Assembly: GCA_037379345.1 (NCBI GenBank)
Contig: CM074513.1
Span: 47,347,195-47,411,194 of the forward strand
Reading direction: 5' to 3'
DNA length: 64,000 bases
Origin: Perna viridis
Taxonomy: Eukaryota
Shown here: positions 36,960 to 50,160 of the stretch, one piece after another
How the letters are laid out: every line of letters starts with the position of its first letter
How positions within the stretch are numbered: the first letter of the stretch is position 1
Translations under genes and position numbers: made by a program
The notes under the pieces: generated by a model
Told to the model about the DNA's origin: nothing
Database searches by the model: none
Seen by the model: the letters and a program-made list of their open reading frames with translations, nothing else

Positions 36960-37148
36960 ATTATACAACCAAAACCTAAACATTTGTTCATCGTTCGAAA
37001 GTTGGAAAAAGCGTTGGAGGTCATAACTTGAGGTCAACGTTGTGTAAACCTTCACATGCAACAAAACTCAACTTCAACGTTGATTTAACGTTTAATTGAA
37101 ATGGTTCATGTTCACGTTAAACGGATGTTGAAATGCCTGTTTGGTTAC
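36960..37148. mobile_element. Decayed non-autonomous DNA transposon end with (C)AACGTT(G) subterminal repeats
   Basis: Clustered AACGTT/CAACGTTG-like motifs ending in TGCCTGTTTGGT. Confidence 0.35.
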
Positions 37149-40097
37149 GTTTGAAATAGTGATCTTTACTCTGCTTAAAGTTGCTTCCGGTTCACAAAAT
37201 TTAAAATTCACAAATCCAGAATATCTTCAATAAACTTGTTTTGGGTACATAACTAATTGTCAAAAAAAAATTAAAACAAATTAAAAAAAAAATTAATTAA
37301 TTTCGATGGTTGGCTCATCATTTCAATACGATAACAAGAAATATACTGTTTTACAGAGGAAGAGATAATGCGGTCATGGATTATGCAGTTTTGGTAGAGA
37401 TTGGATTAAAGTAAAACTCTCCTTCTTCTTGTCCTGAACACAAAATCTGTCCAACTACTTGTAGCTACAGCAATAAATACTGTTTGTTCTATGGTAAATT
37501 ACAGCTACGGCAAGAATGAATTAACAGCAAAAACAAGATTAAATTAAAAAAAAAAGCGTCAACAAACAATCCAAATTAACAAAATAAATACAGGTAATGA
37601 CTGAGCACTTAGTCTAATAAAACTAGGTTACAACTTATTAGATACCACTGTTCTATCTGTAAGAACTTAATGTCTATTATACTTGAGTATTTGTTGATAT
37701 CCACTATATATGTACCTCGAATTTTTAAAAAAAAATTCAAAAATTCTACAGATACTATTTGAATACTGGTAGCACATGGTTATTGTATGTACAATTTTTA
37801 ATATGAACAGAATACCCCTCAATTGAACATGGTGCGGGTATCTAAAATTTGGTCATTATTGTTAAAAAGTTATCACCGTTTAATTACATATGTAGGAATA
37901 CCATTCAAAAAGTTACACACACCTTTAGTATCCAAATTTAAAACAAATTGATCTAGGATATATAATAGGGTTGCAAATCGTACAACATGGTTGTATGATA
38001 ATGTAAAAGTTTGTTTAATGGATTTCTTGAATGGTAATTTCGTGTTACACAATCCCTGTTAAAAATGTAAAATATGATACATGTAGTTACATGCTGATTT
38101 TATCTATTTACAAATTATGGCATTATTCATTTGCATTTCTTTCAGCAGTAAAATGAAAATAAACAGCTTCGCTGCATTTAAAAAAAAGTAATAAATAGTG
38201 TACAATCTCTATGATTTTTGCATGCGTATTATGTAAATTATTTGAAGTTATCTCCCTTTGACTGCATGGATGCGATTTTTTTTTATTTTCGTTAAAAATA
38301 TGAAATACGGTTTAAAATGAACAAAATTGTGATGTTACACAGATAGTCTAGGCGTCACGTCGGCAAGCTTATTGTCATATAATTCGAAAATAAACCAACG
38401 CTTAATGGATATTCCCTGATTCGAGATTTTGGTCATTAAAACTAATTGTTCGGAAATAATATCCAATAAAGAAGCGATAAACTTATAGGAATTTAATAAA
38501 TTGCAAATTATTACACAAGAAGTAGGGGATTATTAATCAATGCTTTATTCAATTGCTCCTTCGTTCAATGTAAATGATTAGTCCGGATTATTTATTCATC
38601 GATAGTAATAAAGTCGTCCTTTACATAACAAGCAAAGTGGACGGTCTTCTTGTTTGTTTATAAATAATAAAAACATTGAAAAACAGAAAACTGCTGACAA
38701 CTTTATGTGTTTTCACAGCTGAGTTAAAAACAGAAATATTATGTGAAATTCAATAAGAAAATATTGATGATGCAATCACAGCTCCTTCCTTCAAGAAATT
38801 TCTTGTTATTTTATTTCTATTTCTAATTGTTTAAGAGTGTATTCACCAAAAGGCATGTGATCTAAGCGCATTTAAAAACTTAAATTTTCAAAATTTAATT
38901 TCTTGCTTACAGGCACAATAAGGTCGACCGACCCGGTTAGATTGCTAAAATCATTATAAAAATATTTAAAAATTTGTGTTTAAGACTTTAAATTGATAGT
39001 GAAAAGAGGCTTAAAAACGGATAAATATAGAGAAACATTTCAGTGGATACCACATTGTGTCTTACGTATACACATGTTATCCATAATATATTAATAGTAC
39101 ATGTAGCTTAAGAAGGCAGCTTTTAAATATTTAAACACGGTTTTGTCTTCAATAATGAATGACAATAATATAAAATATTACACACCATATGTCTGTAGAT
39201 ACTGACATAATATTCAACTTGATAAATTGGCATGAACAAAACTTATGAAAACTTATTGTGCACAATGTTTTTTTTTTAAAGATGGACAGTTAATGGTTTT
39301 AGAACGGTTAAATCACATTAATTCTAAAAGCAGTGTTTTACCTTTTCAGCAGCATCATATACAGCAGTAAATATTGATTATAAAATTACAGCTTCCTATG
39401 AAAAAAATACGACAGCAAAAATCATAGAGACAGCAAAATGTACAAAATGGATTCAAAATCCGTCCCTCCGTCAACGACTGAATTAAGTGTAAATGCAAAG
39501 TACCGTGCAGGATTTCAGTAACACATTCCTGGGGTCATAAATTACTAACATATCACGTACTAAAACAATTTTACAAATGTTAGTTACAAATGAAGTAAGG
39601 ATCAACATATATGTACCAAAGCGTACTAGGTAAGTTGATTTACAAAAAACACATTTACTTTATAGTAGGAACATGTCCTAGAAGTACTATCATACACCTG
39701 GAAGTTTATGCGACAACCTGAAATGTGTTACGAAACTTTGTATAAATGTTTATACAGCTTTTAAGTGTATAAATTCGACATGGTTCAAAGTATTATCATG
39801 GTTTATCACAGTCATTCTAATCATACAATGGATTAAACAACAGCTTGTAAGACTTCTCTCCTAAGTTATATCACAGTTGCAAAATTGGTGAACCGCATGG
39901 TCACAAAAACCACGACCAACGTTCTCTGGTGAGACAGAAAATCACAACCCGTACCAAAGGGTTTAGTGAGATAACCAGTACATATGTACCTGTGTCTAAG
40001 TGCATCTTCGTCTCATGACTTATGCTCATTTGGGCAAACTATGACCAGAGGCAAGAAGATACTTGGAATTTCAAAACGTGTCTTTGAGTTGGTTTTA

Positions 40098-41492
40098 TCA
40101 TACTTTACTCTCAGATGGTGTTGAACCATTCCCAAGATGAACTTCGGTCCGTCCTTGGCTGTCGTAACGTACGACTGAAGAGGTAGGCGGACGCAAACAT
40201 TCTCGGTGCCGTAAGTCGGGACCATATTGTTCTACATAACTCTCGGAGCGAATTCTCACATTAATTCCCCTGCAACGCAAGCATAAAATTTCCTTAAAGG
40301 GAGTCCTAAAGTCCCTGTTGAATCTAGCGTATATAACAGGGTTCAAAAATGAATTAAAATATCCTAACCAATTAAAGACACTTAGTATCACAATTGGAAT
40401 AGCATCATCACCAACGAAAGGCCTTATAACGGCAAGAATAAAAAACGGTAACCAACAGGCTGTAAAACCTCCCATAATAATTCCCAATGTTTTTATGGCC
40501 TTTGAATCTTTATGACCAGAAGATCGACGTCTTGTCGGCAAAAAGTTCCGAATTGTAAATCTTCGCTTATGAATTGAAGCAGAACTTTTTGCCAGCATCT
40601 CTACACTTTCGTCATCTTCTTTGTCATTATGATGACCGTTTCTTACATTTCCATTTGGCAAAACAGTACCACTTTCCGTAAGAGAATGTTTCTTGACACT
40701 ATTGGGATAATATACATTGTTTTGTCCTCGATCAATACTTCCTAACTGATTCGTGTTTTCCTTCTTCGCCAACCGGGATGAAACGCGCCAAATCTTATAA
40801 TACACTGCTAACATTACAAACAGAGGAACGTAAAAGGCACCCAACGTTGCATAGATTTGGTAACCTAAGTTCTGACTGATTATGCATGTCCATTCCGGCG
40901 GGTCATCTTTCCATCCAAATAATGGAGGTAAAGAAATCAGAACAGACGAACACCACACCCCTACAATCATTATCCCCATTCGTTTCGGTGTCCGTTTCAT
41001 TGCATATTTGAAAGGGCGTGTTATTACGAAATAACGGTCAACGCTTATCATACACAAATTCAAAATGGAAGCAGTACATAGAATAACATCTAAGGACGTG
41101 AATAATGCACAGATATCGTCTCCGAGGGGCCAGTAGCCTAAAACCTGTTGTATTGTCACAAATGGCATCACAAGAACAGCAACAAGCAAATCCGAAACAG
41201 CTAGAGACAGAATCAAAAGATTTGAAGGGGTTTGTAGTTTCTTTACAATTCCAACAGCTATACACACCAAACAGTTGCCTACTATAGTTCCTAATATTAA
41301 TAACACAAGCACAGTCGTCACTAAAGCTTGTTCCCATGGTTTATAAAACGGACCAGGCGGACCCGACGAATTAGCCCCTGAATCATTTGTTGGAACAGCT
41401 GAGGTTACTGAGCCAAACTGACCTATAGTCAAGTTGCTAGCATTAGAATGCAGAATTTCATACGATATACTCTCCGAGATATTCGCACTCAT
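40098..41492 (-). CDS. HTR7: 5-hydroxytryptamine receptor, 5-HT7-type (Gs-coupled) class A GPCR, 464 aa, no intron within the ORF
   Basis: Seven TM segments; GN (TM1), LAVSD (TM2), amine-binding Asp in SLDVILCTASILNLCMISVDRY, YQIYATLGAFYVP (TM5), CWLPFF (TM6), WLGYFNSFLNPVIY (TM7). The NRDFRTPFKEILCLRC helix 8 is characteristic of invertebrate 5-HT7 receptors. N-terminal N-glycosylation sequons. Confidence 0.93.
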   Translation of the reverse strand: MSANISESISYEILHSNASNLTIGQFGSVTSAVPTNDSGANSSGPPGPFYKPWEQALVTTVLVLLILGTIVGNCLVCIAVGIVKKLQTPSNLLILSLAVSDLLVAVLVMPFVTIQQVLGYWPLGDDICALFTSLDVILCTASILNLCMISVDRYFVITRPFKYAMKRTPKRMGIMIVGVWCSSVLISLPPLFGWKDDPPEWTCIISQNLGYQIYATLGAFYVPLFVMLAVYYKIWRVSSRLAKKENTNQLGSIDRGQNNVYYPNSVKKHSLTESGTVLPNGNVRNGHHNDKEDDESVEMLAKSSASIHKRRFTIRNFLPTRRRSSGHKDSKAIKTLGIIMGGFTACWLPFFILAVIRPFVGDDAIPIVILSVFNWLGYFNSFLNPVIYARFNRDFRTPFKEILCLRCRGINVRIRSESYVEQYGPDLRHRECLRPPTSSVVRYDSQGRTEVHLGNGSTPSESKV

Positions 41493-42056
41493 TTCTGTGG
41501 AATAACAAAATATATAATTGCCTAAAATTCACAGCGTCACATTATGTTTTGACACATATAATTTTGAATAGTCCTTTAATAATGTCCCCAGTTTCGGTAA
41601 ATTCGGACGGTCAGGTCGATTATTGCTTTCTGCTACAATGTTACGAACCTTAATCACTCATAATGTTTGTTGTAAATCACAAGGTCAAGAATTGGCACCA
41701 TTTCACGAAATATGCAGAAAACTGAAAAGAATCTTAATTCAATTTGTAAGAAATCTCCAAAAACACAACTTAGATATAGCCGTTATCTACACTGCCAATT
41801 TCTTCAAAGAGAATATATTCCTTGTTTTTTATCCAACTTGGAGTTATTTGTTAGTGCTGTTTATAATCTGCTTGTTATAATCCTTATTAATGTATTCGAT
41901 AATTCATCCCTTAATAGTTACTCTCAAGAAATACTTTAATTCTCCAAAATAAAGCCACGACAGACTACATGTTTTCTATGTGCACCCACGTGTGGAGTAA
42001 TATTCACAAATGGTATTAAGTCCGTAATTCATTAAATCCTCCCATTCAGGTAGGCG

Positions 42057-42119
42057 CTACAGGTACGCATGGGATAGGAACGAAGTCGGTCGATGATCGT
42101 AATTTAATTCCTCAAGCAT
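42057..42119 (-). promoter_or_regulatory. Candidate uORF (20 aa) just after a strong splice acceptor in the receptor 5' leader
   Basis: - strand TTTTCTATTTTCAG|G acceptor (exon start 42127), then ATG at 42119: MLEELNYDHRPTSFLSHAYL*. Confidence 0.35.
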
Positions 42120-43455
42120 ATCAGAACCTGAAAATAGAAAATGGTTTAATTGCTTAATTTTTGGGCAAGGGAAAGGTGGACATTTTCGAAACCCTAAACA
42201 AACATTATGATCATACACTAAGTGAAAAAAATAAAACAATACACAACAATAACAGTATCAACGAGATAAGTTACCTTATGTTCTCTACACAAAAGATTGA
42301 AGTACATGGACTAGAAAACAGGAGTTTCTAGTCAAACTTGTATATATTGTAGTCCAATAAATAACATTTAATTAGTTGCGATTTGTACTGGTCTGCAATA
42401 CTAAACTACTTTTACAAATCCAGTATTAGTTACACATAAAAACAGAAATCTTTAAAGAAACCTGTATATTACATATTTTTTTTCTATCAATAATATAAAA
42501 CAAATTCTTCAATACAGGCTAATATTCCTTCGTTAACATCAAAGATTGAATGCTTTAATTTCTCAGGGCGTGAATAACGAATTATCTTCAAGACGAGTTT
42601 CCAAACACTGATCTTTGGAAATTTGTAGTAAGTCTGACTTTTGTAATTGATGGTCACTCTCAGCTTAGCACTAATGAACTGACCGATTAAACTAACTGGC
42701 TAACGAATAACATTAGTTCCCTCGACAGTAATTTTAAATGCAGTCCTATGAATTTTTTATATTGTCCAGACCAAATTATACAAATTATACAATGAATAAG
42801 TAAGTACATGAAAGCTGGTACCCTTATATTGATTTTCGTATGCGTGATCCGTATCCGTCAAAAGTAGCATAAAAGCATGAGGGTAATCAATGTACAAATA
42901 CAGCAGAGATAAGAAAGGACACTTATATGTTTATTAAACAGTGTTTTTCTAATTGTGAACTTGGGCTTGTCGATGTTACTCTCATGGAGATACGGACACC
43001 ACCAAAAGCATCAATATCCGGTTTGTACCTGCATTTTCAGGAGCTGAAAAACAGCATAATGGCAGCTTCATTCGCGTATACTTGTGTATGTGCGATTGAG
43101 CGCCACACCAGTCTCGAAAAATATTTGCTAGTTTCGATAATTATATACAAATCAAATCATAGTTTTTTCAAGATAAGGTCTGCTGTATGGCTCCCGGATG
43201 TTTACGAAAATTATGTCACCAATATTACCAATAATTCTCCGGTCAAACAAATTGTGAAACGAAAACGAACCAAAGCGAAACGAAAATATTCGATAAAAGA
43301 AAGAATTGAAACGAAACAATTAGATAAATTGAATCAAATCGTAATAAAAACATAATTAAACTATACTCAATGAAACAGAATGCAGCGAAACTAAATACAA
43401 TAAAAGAAATCTTTTGAGACGTTTCGCAAATTTTAAGAACCATAATGTTAACCAG

Positions 43456-43700
43456 TACCGGACAAATTCGACCAAAAGACATTTCGGACCACGAAAACCA
43501 ATAATTCTTTATGAATGCCGGACATTTCGGCCAATAGACATATCAGACCATGACAATTAGTATAATGCTTTAGGGCAAATATAAATCATTACAAAATTTA
43601 CCATATTTGAAGGTACAACATATCAAATAAGAGCTGACAAAAAATTTGTTTTATTAATGTTTCTTTGGGAGTGTTAAAAAGTTTCACCTTCATCATATTA
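43456..43700 (+). mobile_element. Dispersed repeat (MITE-like), copy B
   Basis: Homologous to 25194-25379. Confidence 0.65.
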
Positions 43701-46700
43701 TCAATATAACAATGAACCATAGTGTTGGGTTTTTAATATCGAATTCAAACGATCTTTACTTATCCCTATGAAGGTGAATCGATAATTAGAGCCAAAACTG
43801 GATTTATTCAACATCCTCCTTAAGAAAAATATCATTAAAAACTCCTTAAAATTAAAACTTACACGTAAAGAAATGTAACTTTTACTATACTTATAGGTTG
43901 CTGTTCCACTTTTAGACGGAAAAGTGATAGCTAACACAAAGTATAGTAAATAAAAAACGGAAGGGAGACAAGGGAACGTATTTACCGGAAGTAGATATGG
44001 AGATCCGGAAATGTGTTTATCGGAAATAGGCAGGGAGATACGTTTACCTGAAATGACGTAACTTTTAGACTATATTTGACAAAGTTTTGAAAAGGCATAG
44101 GTAAAAAACAATGAACCTAATAATAGTAGGAAACGTATCAACAAATCGCGTGGATGCCAAATTAGCTTCAGATCACACAAGTAAGTCAAGAGGTCACCAG
44201 TAAAACCCGACCTAAGTACTGAACATTCGAGCTAATGAACTTGGTGACATATCGGTCTCTAGAAAACAAATAAATTGACTACATATGTAGTTATGTCGGC
44301 AAGTCAGGAGTCCGGCTTCACTATTAGGCTATACCCTGTAACCAGTTTCTATTTACAGAAGTATCAGACCCAAGTCCGTTAATCCCTCGTATGAATTGAA
44401 ATTTGAGAATGTCATAATTAACAATTGAGAAAGGGCATAAACGATCATAATTAATATGCATTTGTCTGGAAAAGACACTACAGGTTGAAAAGGAAAATTG
44501 GGAGAGAGTCGCCAGTCCTCTTAAATTATGATATTTTTATACTGCTTAATTTCATTCTAATTCAGTTTGTTTATTGCATGGAATAAATTAATACTTAAAA
44601 GGGTCTTATCTTTTAATAGCTTGATTATTTTCAGTGCGAATTAAAGTGAAAAAAATTATACGGACATTTAAATAGTTTCAGAGTGGCAAAAGCTGTTTAT
44701 GATAGATATTGCATAGTTGGTATAGAAAAACGGATAAGCGTACGTAACCCTAAAATATTCCATATACGACCGAAAGCCCTCAAAATAGCAAGGATATTAA
44801 ATTATTCCATTCAGGAAATTTAAGCCGCGCGGCATATTTAATACCCAGCTTCCAACGTTCTCGCTTTAGAATGGCAACTATACATACATTTGTATGCACA
44901 GTAAAAGGTTGTGAGCAATCAAGTTGTAATATTACAAAATGATACATTACAGTTTTAATAGCTACAATGCATATATATATATATAGCGCACACGTCTTCA
45001 TCCGGGACTACCAGAGAATTTAAAGTTAATGATCACAAAAATGCATAAAATGATAATGAGAATATTTACTTACGCAAACAAAAATATGTACATGTACACG
45101 CATATGTTCCATTGTTCGTTCATAAATTATTTAATAAATCAATGTAAAAATCTGTCACACTTTTTCTCTTTTTTTACACATTTTAATCAAGTTCACTGCC
45201 AATTAGATTAAAATACAGGAGCGAATATGGGAGGAGATTCCATTCTGCTTTCTCATGGGGGAATTCAGACACTTTGAAAGGAGGGGTGATAGCCGGCTAA
45301 AATGCCAGTTTTACTTAGCCTCTGAATCTAAGTTTGTATACACCACTCTTTGTCATTAGCTTAAATGCGAACACCTGCTTCGTTTGGCTTGATCATTTGT
45401 ATGTTTTTATTTGGGTATGTTTATGCAAAGCCTGGTACAACTGTTTGGAACAATATCATGCATTATTAAGGTATATTAGAACTAACATGTACAAACCACC
45501 AGGTGGAAGACATATGAACAATATCTTTAATTCAGTTGAGATTTTGATCCGACTTTCAAAGTTAAAACTATAAGTTAAGTCATTATTTACCTTGCATGAT
45601 GCTCATTTCGAATTTTCGGTAAACAGCAAAAAAAAATTAATAAATAAATAAATACCTTTACATCTTTTAAACAACGAATACTAGTCTTAGTTTTAAACAT
45701 GTTTTAAAGCAACAAAGCATGTACAATAATTTATTACTTTGAATGGAGTATCATTTAGATTAAACAATTAAGTTTTAAGAAAAAAATATCACCGTGTGTT
45801 TAAGATTTGAACCTTAAATTTTGAGATTTGAATATCCCTCCGTTAGTTTTGTTGTCCTCTGTTCCTACCACCAAAAGAAAGACAATACACAAATAAAATA
45901 ATAAACAAAATATCTATATAGAATAATGTTTTGTAATGTTTTATAAAAAAAGTGAATTTCGCAATTCGAACTTTGTTAAAGGTAGTTTTTCCAGCGTAAA
46001 AAATACAATATACCTTCATCTACACGACTTGTTGAGATTTTAGAACTGATTTCAGTAGTATGAAACAATTAAACAAATGTATTCTCATCATGCATCCATT
46101 ATTACACATAGGGAGGGATACACTTGTAACAATAATTTGTCCAATTTCATATTTGTAGGCCATTACACGTTGACTTATGTTTCCAAGTAACATCTTTAAT
46201 GGCCATTTAAAGCCATATGAACTGAATCAGTAAACATTTCATGCCTACATAGTACTTAGTTTTCATTAACAATTGTAATTTGAACAGATCATACAGTTTA
46301 TAGAAATGTCTTACACTCGACTTAGACCTGTATTACATGTGTCATACTTAGCATAACAAAAAACTTATTTTTTAACATTGAAAACAACCTGTAAAAATCT
46401 AACTTTAATGCTTTTTGTCACTACCAGAATTATTAAGTCGATGGAACTTGCAAGGTCCGAGGAGGAGAAGATCGGATTTCAGAAAAAGGGGGATCGAAAG
46501 TATTACATGTACTTGATGGCGGCAATAAGTTGATGTTCATGTGAAGATATGCTACATATACCACTTAGAGCGAACATTTATTTTTGTTAAGTTGTTTAGG
46601 GCAGCTGTTATTCATTTGAAACCAAATCATCGCTCAAAGATTAATATCAATTTGGTGTGGCTAAAGATTAAAGATTATCAATTAATTAAAACAAAACACT

Positions 46701-47799
46701 AACATTAAAGATGTGCATAACATGTATCGTCAAAGGTATGGGGCATTTGTGCATCTCCCCAAATGCTTTTGGTTTCACCAATGCAATCAACCTACAGCAA
46801 GGTTCTGTTTTCCACAGAACATCTTTGACGCCAGAGGTCTAACTTCTTAACCCTAATAGAAAACATATACTTTAGGATTGTATATCGTAAGTAAAAATGT
46901 GGAAGTGTCAAACCGTCATTAATAGTACATGTATATTCTAATGCACGTGTTAAGGTGCTAGGTATTAGGAATCAATTATCACTAATTAGAAAACAATATC
47001 TACATGTGCTTGAATAACAAAAACATTGATAGTAGTTCGATGACCGCACTGATTATACACGCATCTCATGTCGGAAGATAGAAACATGAAGATGGATTGA
47101 TTCTTTGGCAAAATACAGCATAAACCATGTTATAATTAGAATATGTTCAGAAAAAGCTTACTTTGAATGAAGTTTATCATTGTGAAAGGCATAATTTGTA
47201 TTTCAAAAGAGTCCTCTACTATAAATAAAGTATTTTATAAATATTGAACATCTCATTTCCTCATTCTAATACGAATAACCTGTATTTAAATTTCAAATAT
47301 TAGTGAACACCTCTAAATTCAATTAATTCCCATGACAAACGTTTTGTTCATTTTTATATAATAAATACACACTGACCTGTTATTATGACAACAACTTTTT
47401 GGGACTGGAGTAATTATTATTTCCAAGAGATTAAATGGTGCAGTGTTACAAGATTTGGATAAAATCCTAACTATGAAAAACGTCCTTTCTTCGATGTGAC
47501 ACAACACAACAAGCAGAAAGTGATTCGTAACGGCTATTGATTATAATCATTCGTCCATAGCGAGGAACATACGCACTAATATAAAATTATATCGCTGTAC
47601 CGTGGTCAAACGCCAGCTCAAAATAACACTTGCGCATATCAAACTCGTTAGCAAAAAAAATATCATCTAGAATACAGCCATTTGTAAGATATTGGTATAA
47701 CGGTTAAAGATCCATAATAACAACATTTACTAATAAGTTTGAAATAATAAATGGTATCATGCTATTACTATATTGAAACTTTGCTATTCAACGACCCGT

Positions 47800-47903
47800 G
47801 TTTTAAAAAGGAAGATAACTGCTTTTAAATGGAAGAAAACTGCTTTTACAAGGAAGATAACAGGTTGTAAAAGGAAGTTACCTGCTTTTACAAGTGGAAG
47901 ATG
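47800..47903. repeat. Degenerate 21-bp tandem repeat, about 5 units
   Basis: Consensus approximately GCTTTTAMAAGGAAGATAACT. Confidence 0.8.
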
Positions 47904-49478
47904 TATTCCTTCTACCTATCATTACAACCAAAGATACATCAAGCGGTCCATGGCATCAGAACAGGGATAAAGAAAATTATGTTACGAGTGGGTAGACATA
48001 CATGGATGTATTTATGGATAAACACGCAAATAAAAGAATTTTAAGAAATCATATATCGTTTTAAATTTTTATTCCATTTTACAGAATTGACTAAATGTAA
48101 ACCTCTCTAAAATCATTCAAAATGAAATTATTAAAAAAAAAATTAACATTCAACACATCAGATTTAACATTCAATAAGTTTATAATCCTAACATATATAT
48201 ATACCAAGTAGATAGTTATTTGGTTAAGTGATGTACCGTAAAGTTATAGAAAAAACTCAACATGACTTGCATACAAGAAATATGTCGGTGACTATAAAAA
48301 GTATGTTAATAATTGGTAAAGGTTTGATTACCAATACACGACGATTCAGCTGTCGACTTAATAGCACGGGCTTAGATTTGAACGCCTCTTCCTAATTTGA
48401 GCTTCAAGTAAATTTTAAAGCTTTATATTTTGTACTTGATTTGTATACATAACTCTGTAACCGGAAAAGGGGGAAACGCTGTTCAGTTATTTATACGTGT
48501 CCACACCATAAAACAACAGCGGATTCTAAAGCCTACTATTACTTATTACGATTGCAATATATACGTAGTTCATAATCGCGCTGTAATATCTATTTCATGG
48601 TCTTAATAATTGTGTTATGGTTTGAAATAATTTGGATGAGCAGTTTTTTTCAATTATCAACTCCGAATATCAAATTGTGACAAACTGATGGACAAACTGG
48701 GGATCATGTTAACATCGACTGGTCGAGTGGGGTAAAGAATAGAAAATAAGGAAGCGGTACACCTGTGCAATTCTGCATAGAGTGGTCAATATAAGGAACA
48801 TTGATTCCTCCATTTATGAACTTTTTGCCTTGTAACCATATACAACTCTACAACATAAATTACATTAAAATCATAGCACAAGTCAGTGACCATGTATGAC
48901 CTGGTTCAATGACACTTTATTCGTCGTTTTGGTTTTCTTTCTATTTTTAAATATTCATAAAGAAATGAACAAAATACTTGTCAGTACTATTTTTTTCTTC
49001 TCCGCTACTATTTTCGTTAAAATAACATTAAATTGCAAACTTAGGTGACAGAGTTAGTAAGTAAAATATTTATCTTAATATTAATCGGTTATTGACACAT
49101 AAATGTTAAACACATGGAAGAAGTTGTCTTTTGAGGTCTACAAATAAGGCATATATATAAAACATCTATAATGAAAATCATATTGATACAGGGGAAATTA
49201 TGGCCTTGACTAATTTCGACCATAAAGCATATTTAGAATATTTGTTCATCTGTTATCAAACTGTTTGATAAAGAAATGACAACCTTGAACAGTTTGTGTG
49301 ACTATTGGTGTGTCTTGATAGTCTCAAATCTGGTCATGGTATTATTGACACGAATCACTTCAACCAAAAATACAAGATAGTCCCTCAATATGTACAAATG
49401 ACATTTTCCGTCCAGTAAAAGCATGTCAGATTTATTCATACTCGACAATATTTGTTTAATGCAACAAAACGTAAAAAA

Positions 49479-49706
49479 CACACTTCTAATCAGACTTCTT
49501 GACACACTTCTAATCACACTTCTTGATGCACTTCTAATCAGACTTCTTGACACACGTCTAATCAGACTTCTTGACACACTTCTAATCAGACTTCTTGACT
49601 TCTAATCAGACTTCTTGATGTCTGACTTCTAATCAGACTTCTTGATGTCTGACCTCTAATCAGACTTCTTGATACACTTCTAATCAGACTTCTTGATGTC
49701 TGACTT
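49479..49706. repeat. ~24-bp minisatellite, about 9-10 units
   Basis: CACACTTCTAATCAGACTTCTTGA and variants (...TGATGTCTGACTT...). Confidence 0.93.
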
Positions 49707-49811
49707 GCGAAAACGATCAGAAAGAGGATTGATTAGATTGATTTTCGAGGCCAAAATGAATTAAATGTATTGACAATACTTAATCTGTCTGTACAATATT
49801 TTGGTAGTCAC

Positions 49812-50160
49812 TTAGTAGGATTGGTTACTTGAACCTGTCTGTATTATTTGCATTATACCAGGACAATTTCTAAAACGCATGTTAAGTTTAAAAACAAACA
49901 ATTCTCCATTGCAGAAATATGAAGTAAAATTGGAATCTTGAAGATCAAATAAAAAAACATTCCATATGCTAGCTTCAGGAATACACGACGGTTTACAAAA
50001 CATATCATCTGCAACACATGTAAGCAACGGTCTTACTATTATGAACTGACCATAAATACATTTGAATGTTAAATATTTACTCACGTGATAGTAAAGGTTA
50101 TCATCCGTTTGTACTAAGACAATATGCAGACCATTAGAGTTATGTATAGACATGGCCACT
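49812..50160 (-). mobile_element. Possible highly decayed Penelope-like RT fragment
   Basis: ATTCCTGAAGCT(A)GCATATGGAATGTTT reads IPEA-AYGMF (cf. NIPxAPAYGVF), followed by GELFVFKL (cf. GxLLTxKL). Confidence 0.3.

Noticed and set aside
40013-41337. Short ORFs overlapping the receptor in other frames or on the opposite strand
   Set aside because: Shadow ORFs of a coding region with no recognisable motifs.
42927-43355. 142-aa ORF
   Set aside because: No recognisable domain; the C-terminal part is translated AAACG-type low-complexity repeat.
49302-49605. Repetitive ORFs (RSLIRSVS / LLIRLLDT)
   Set aside because: Translation of the 24-bp minisatellite.
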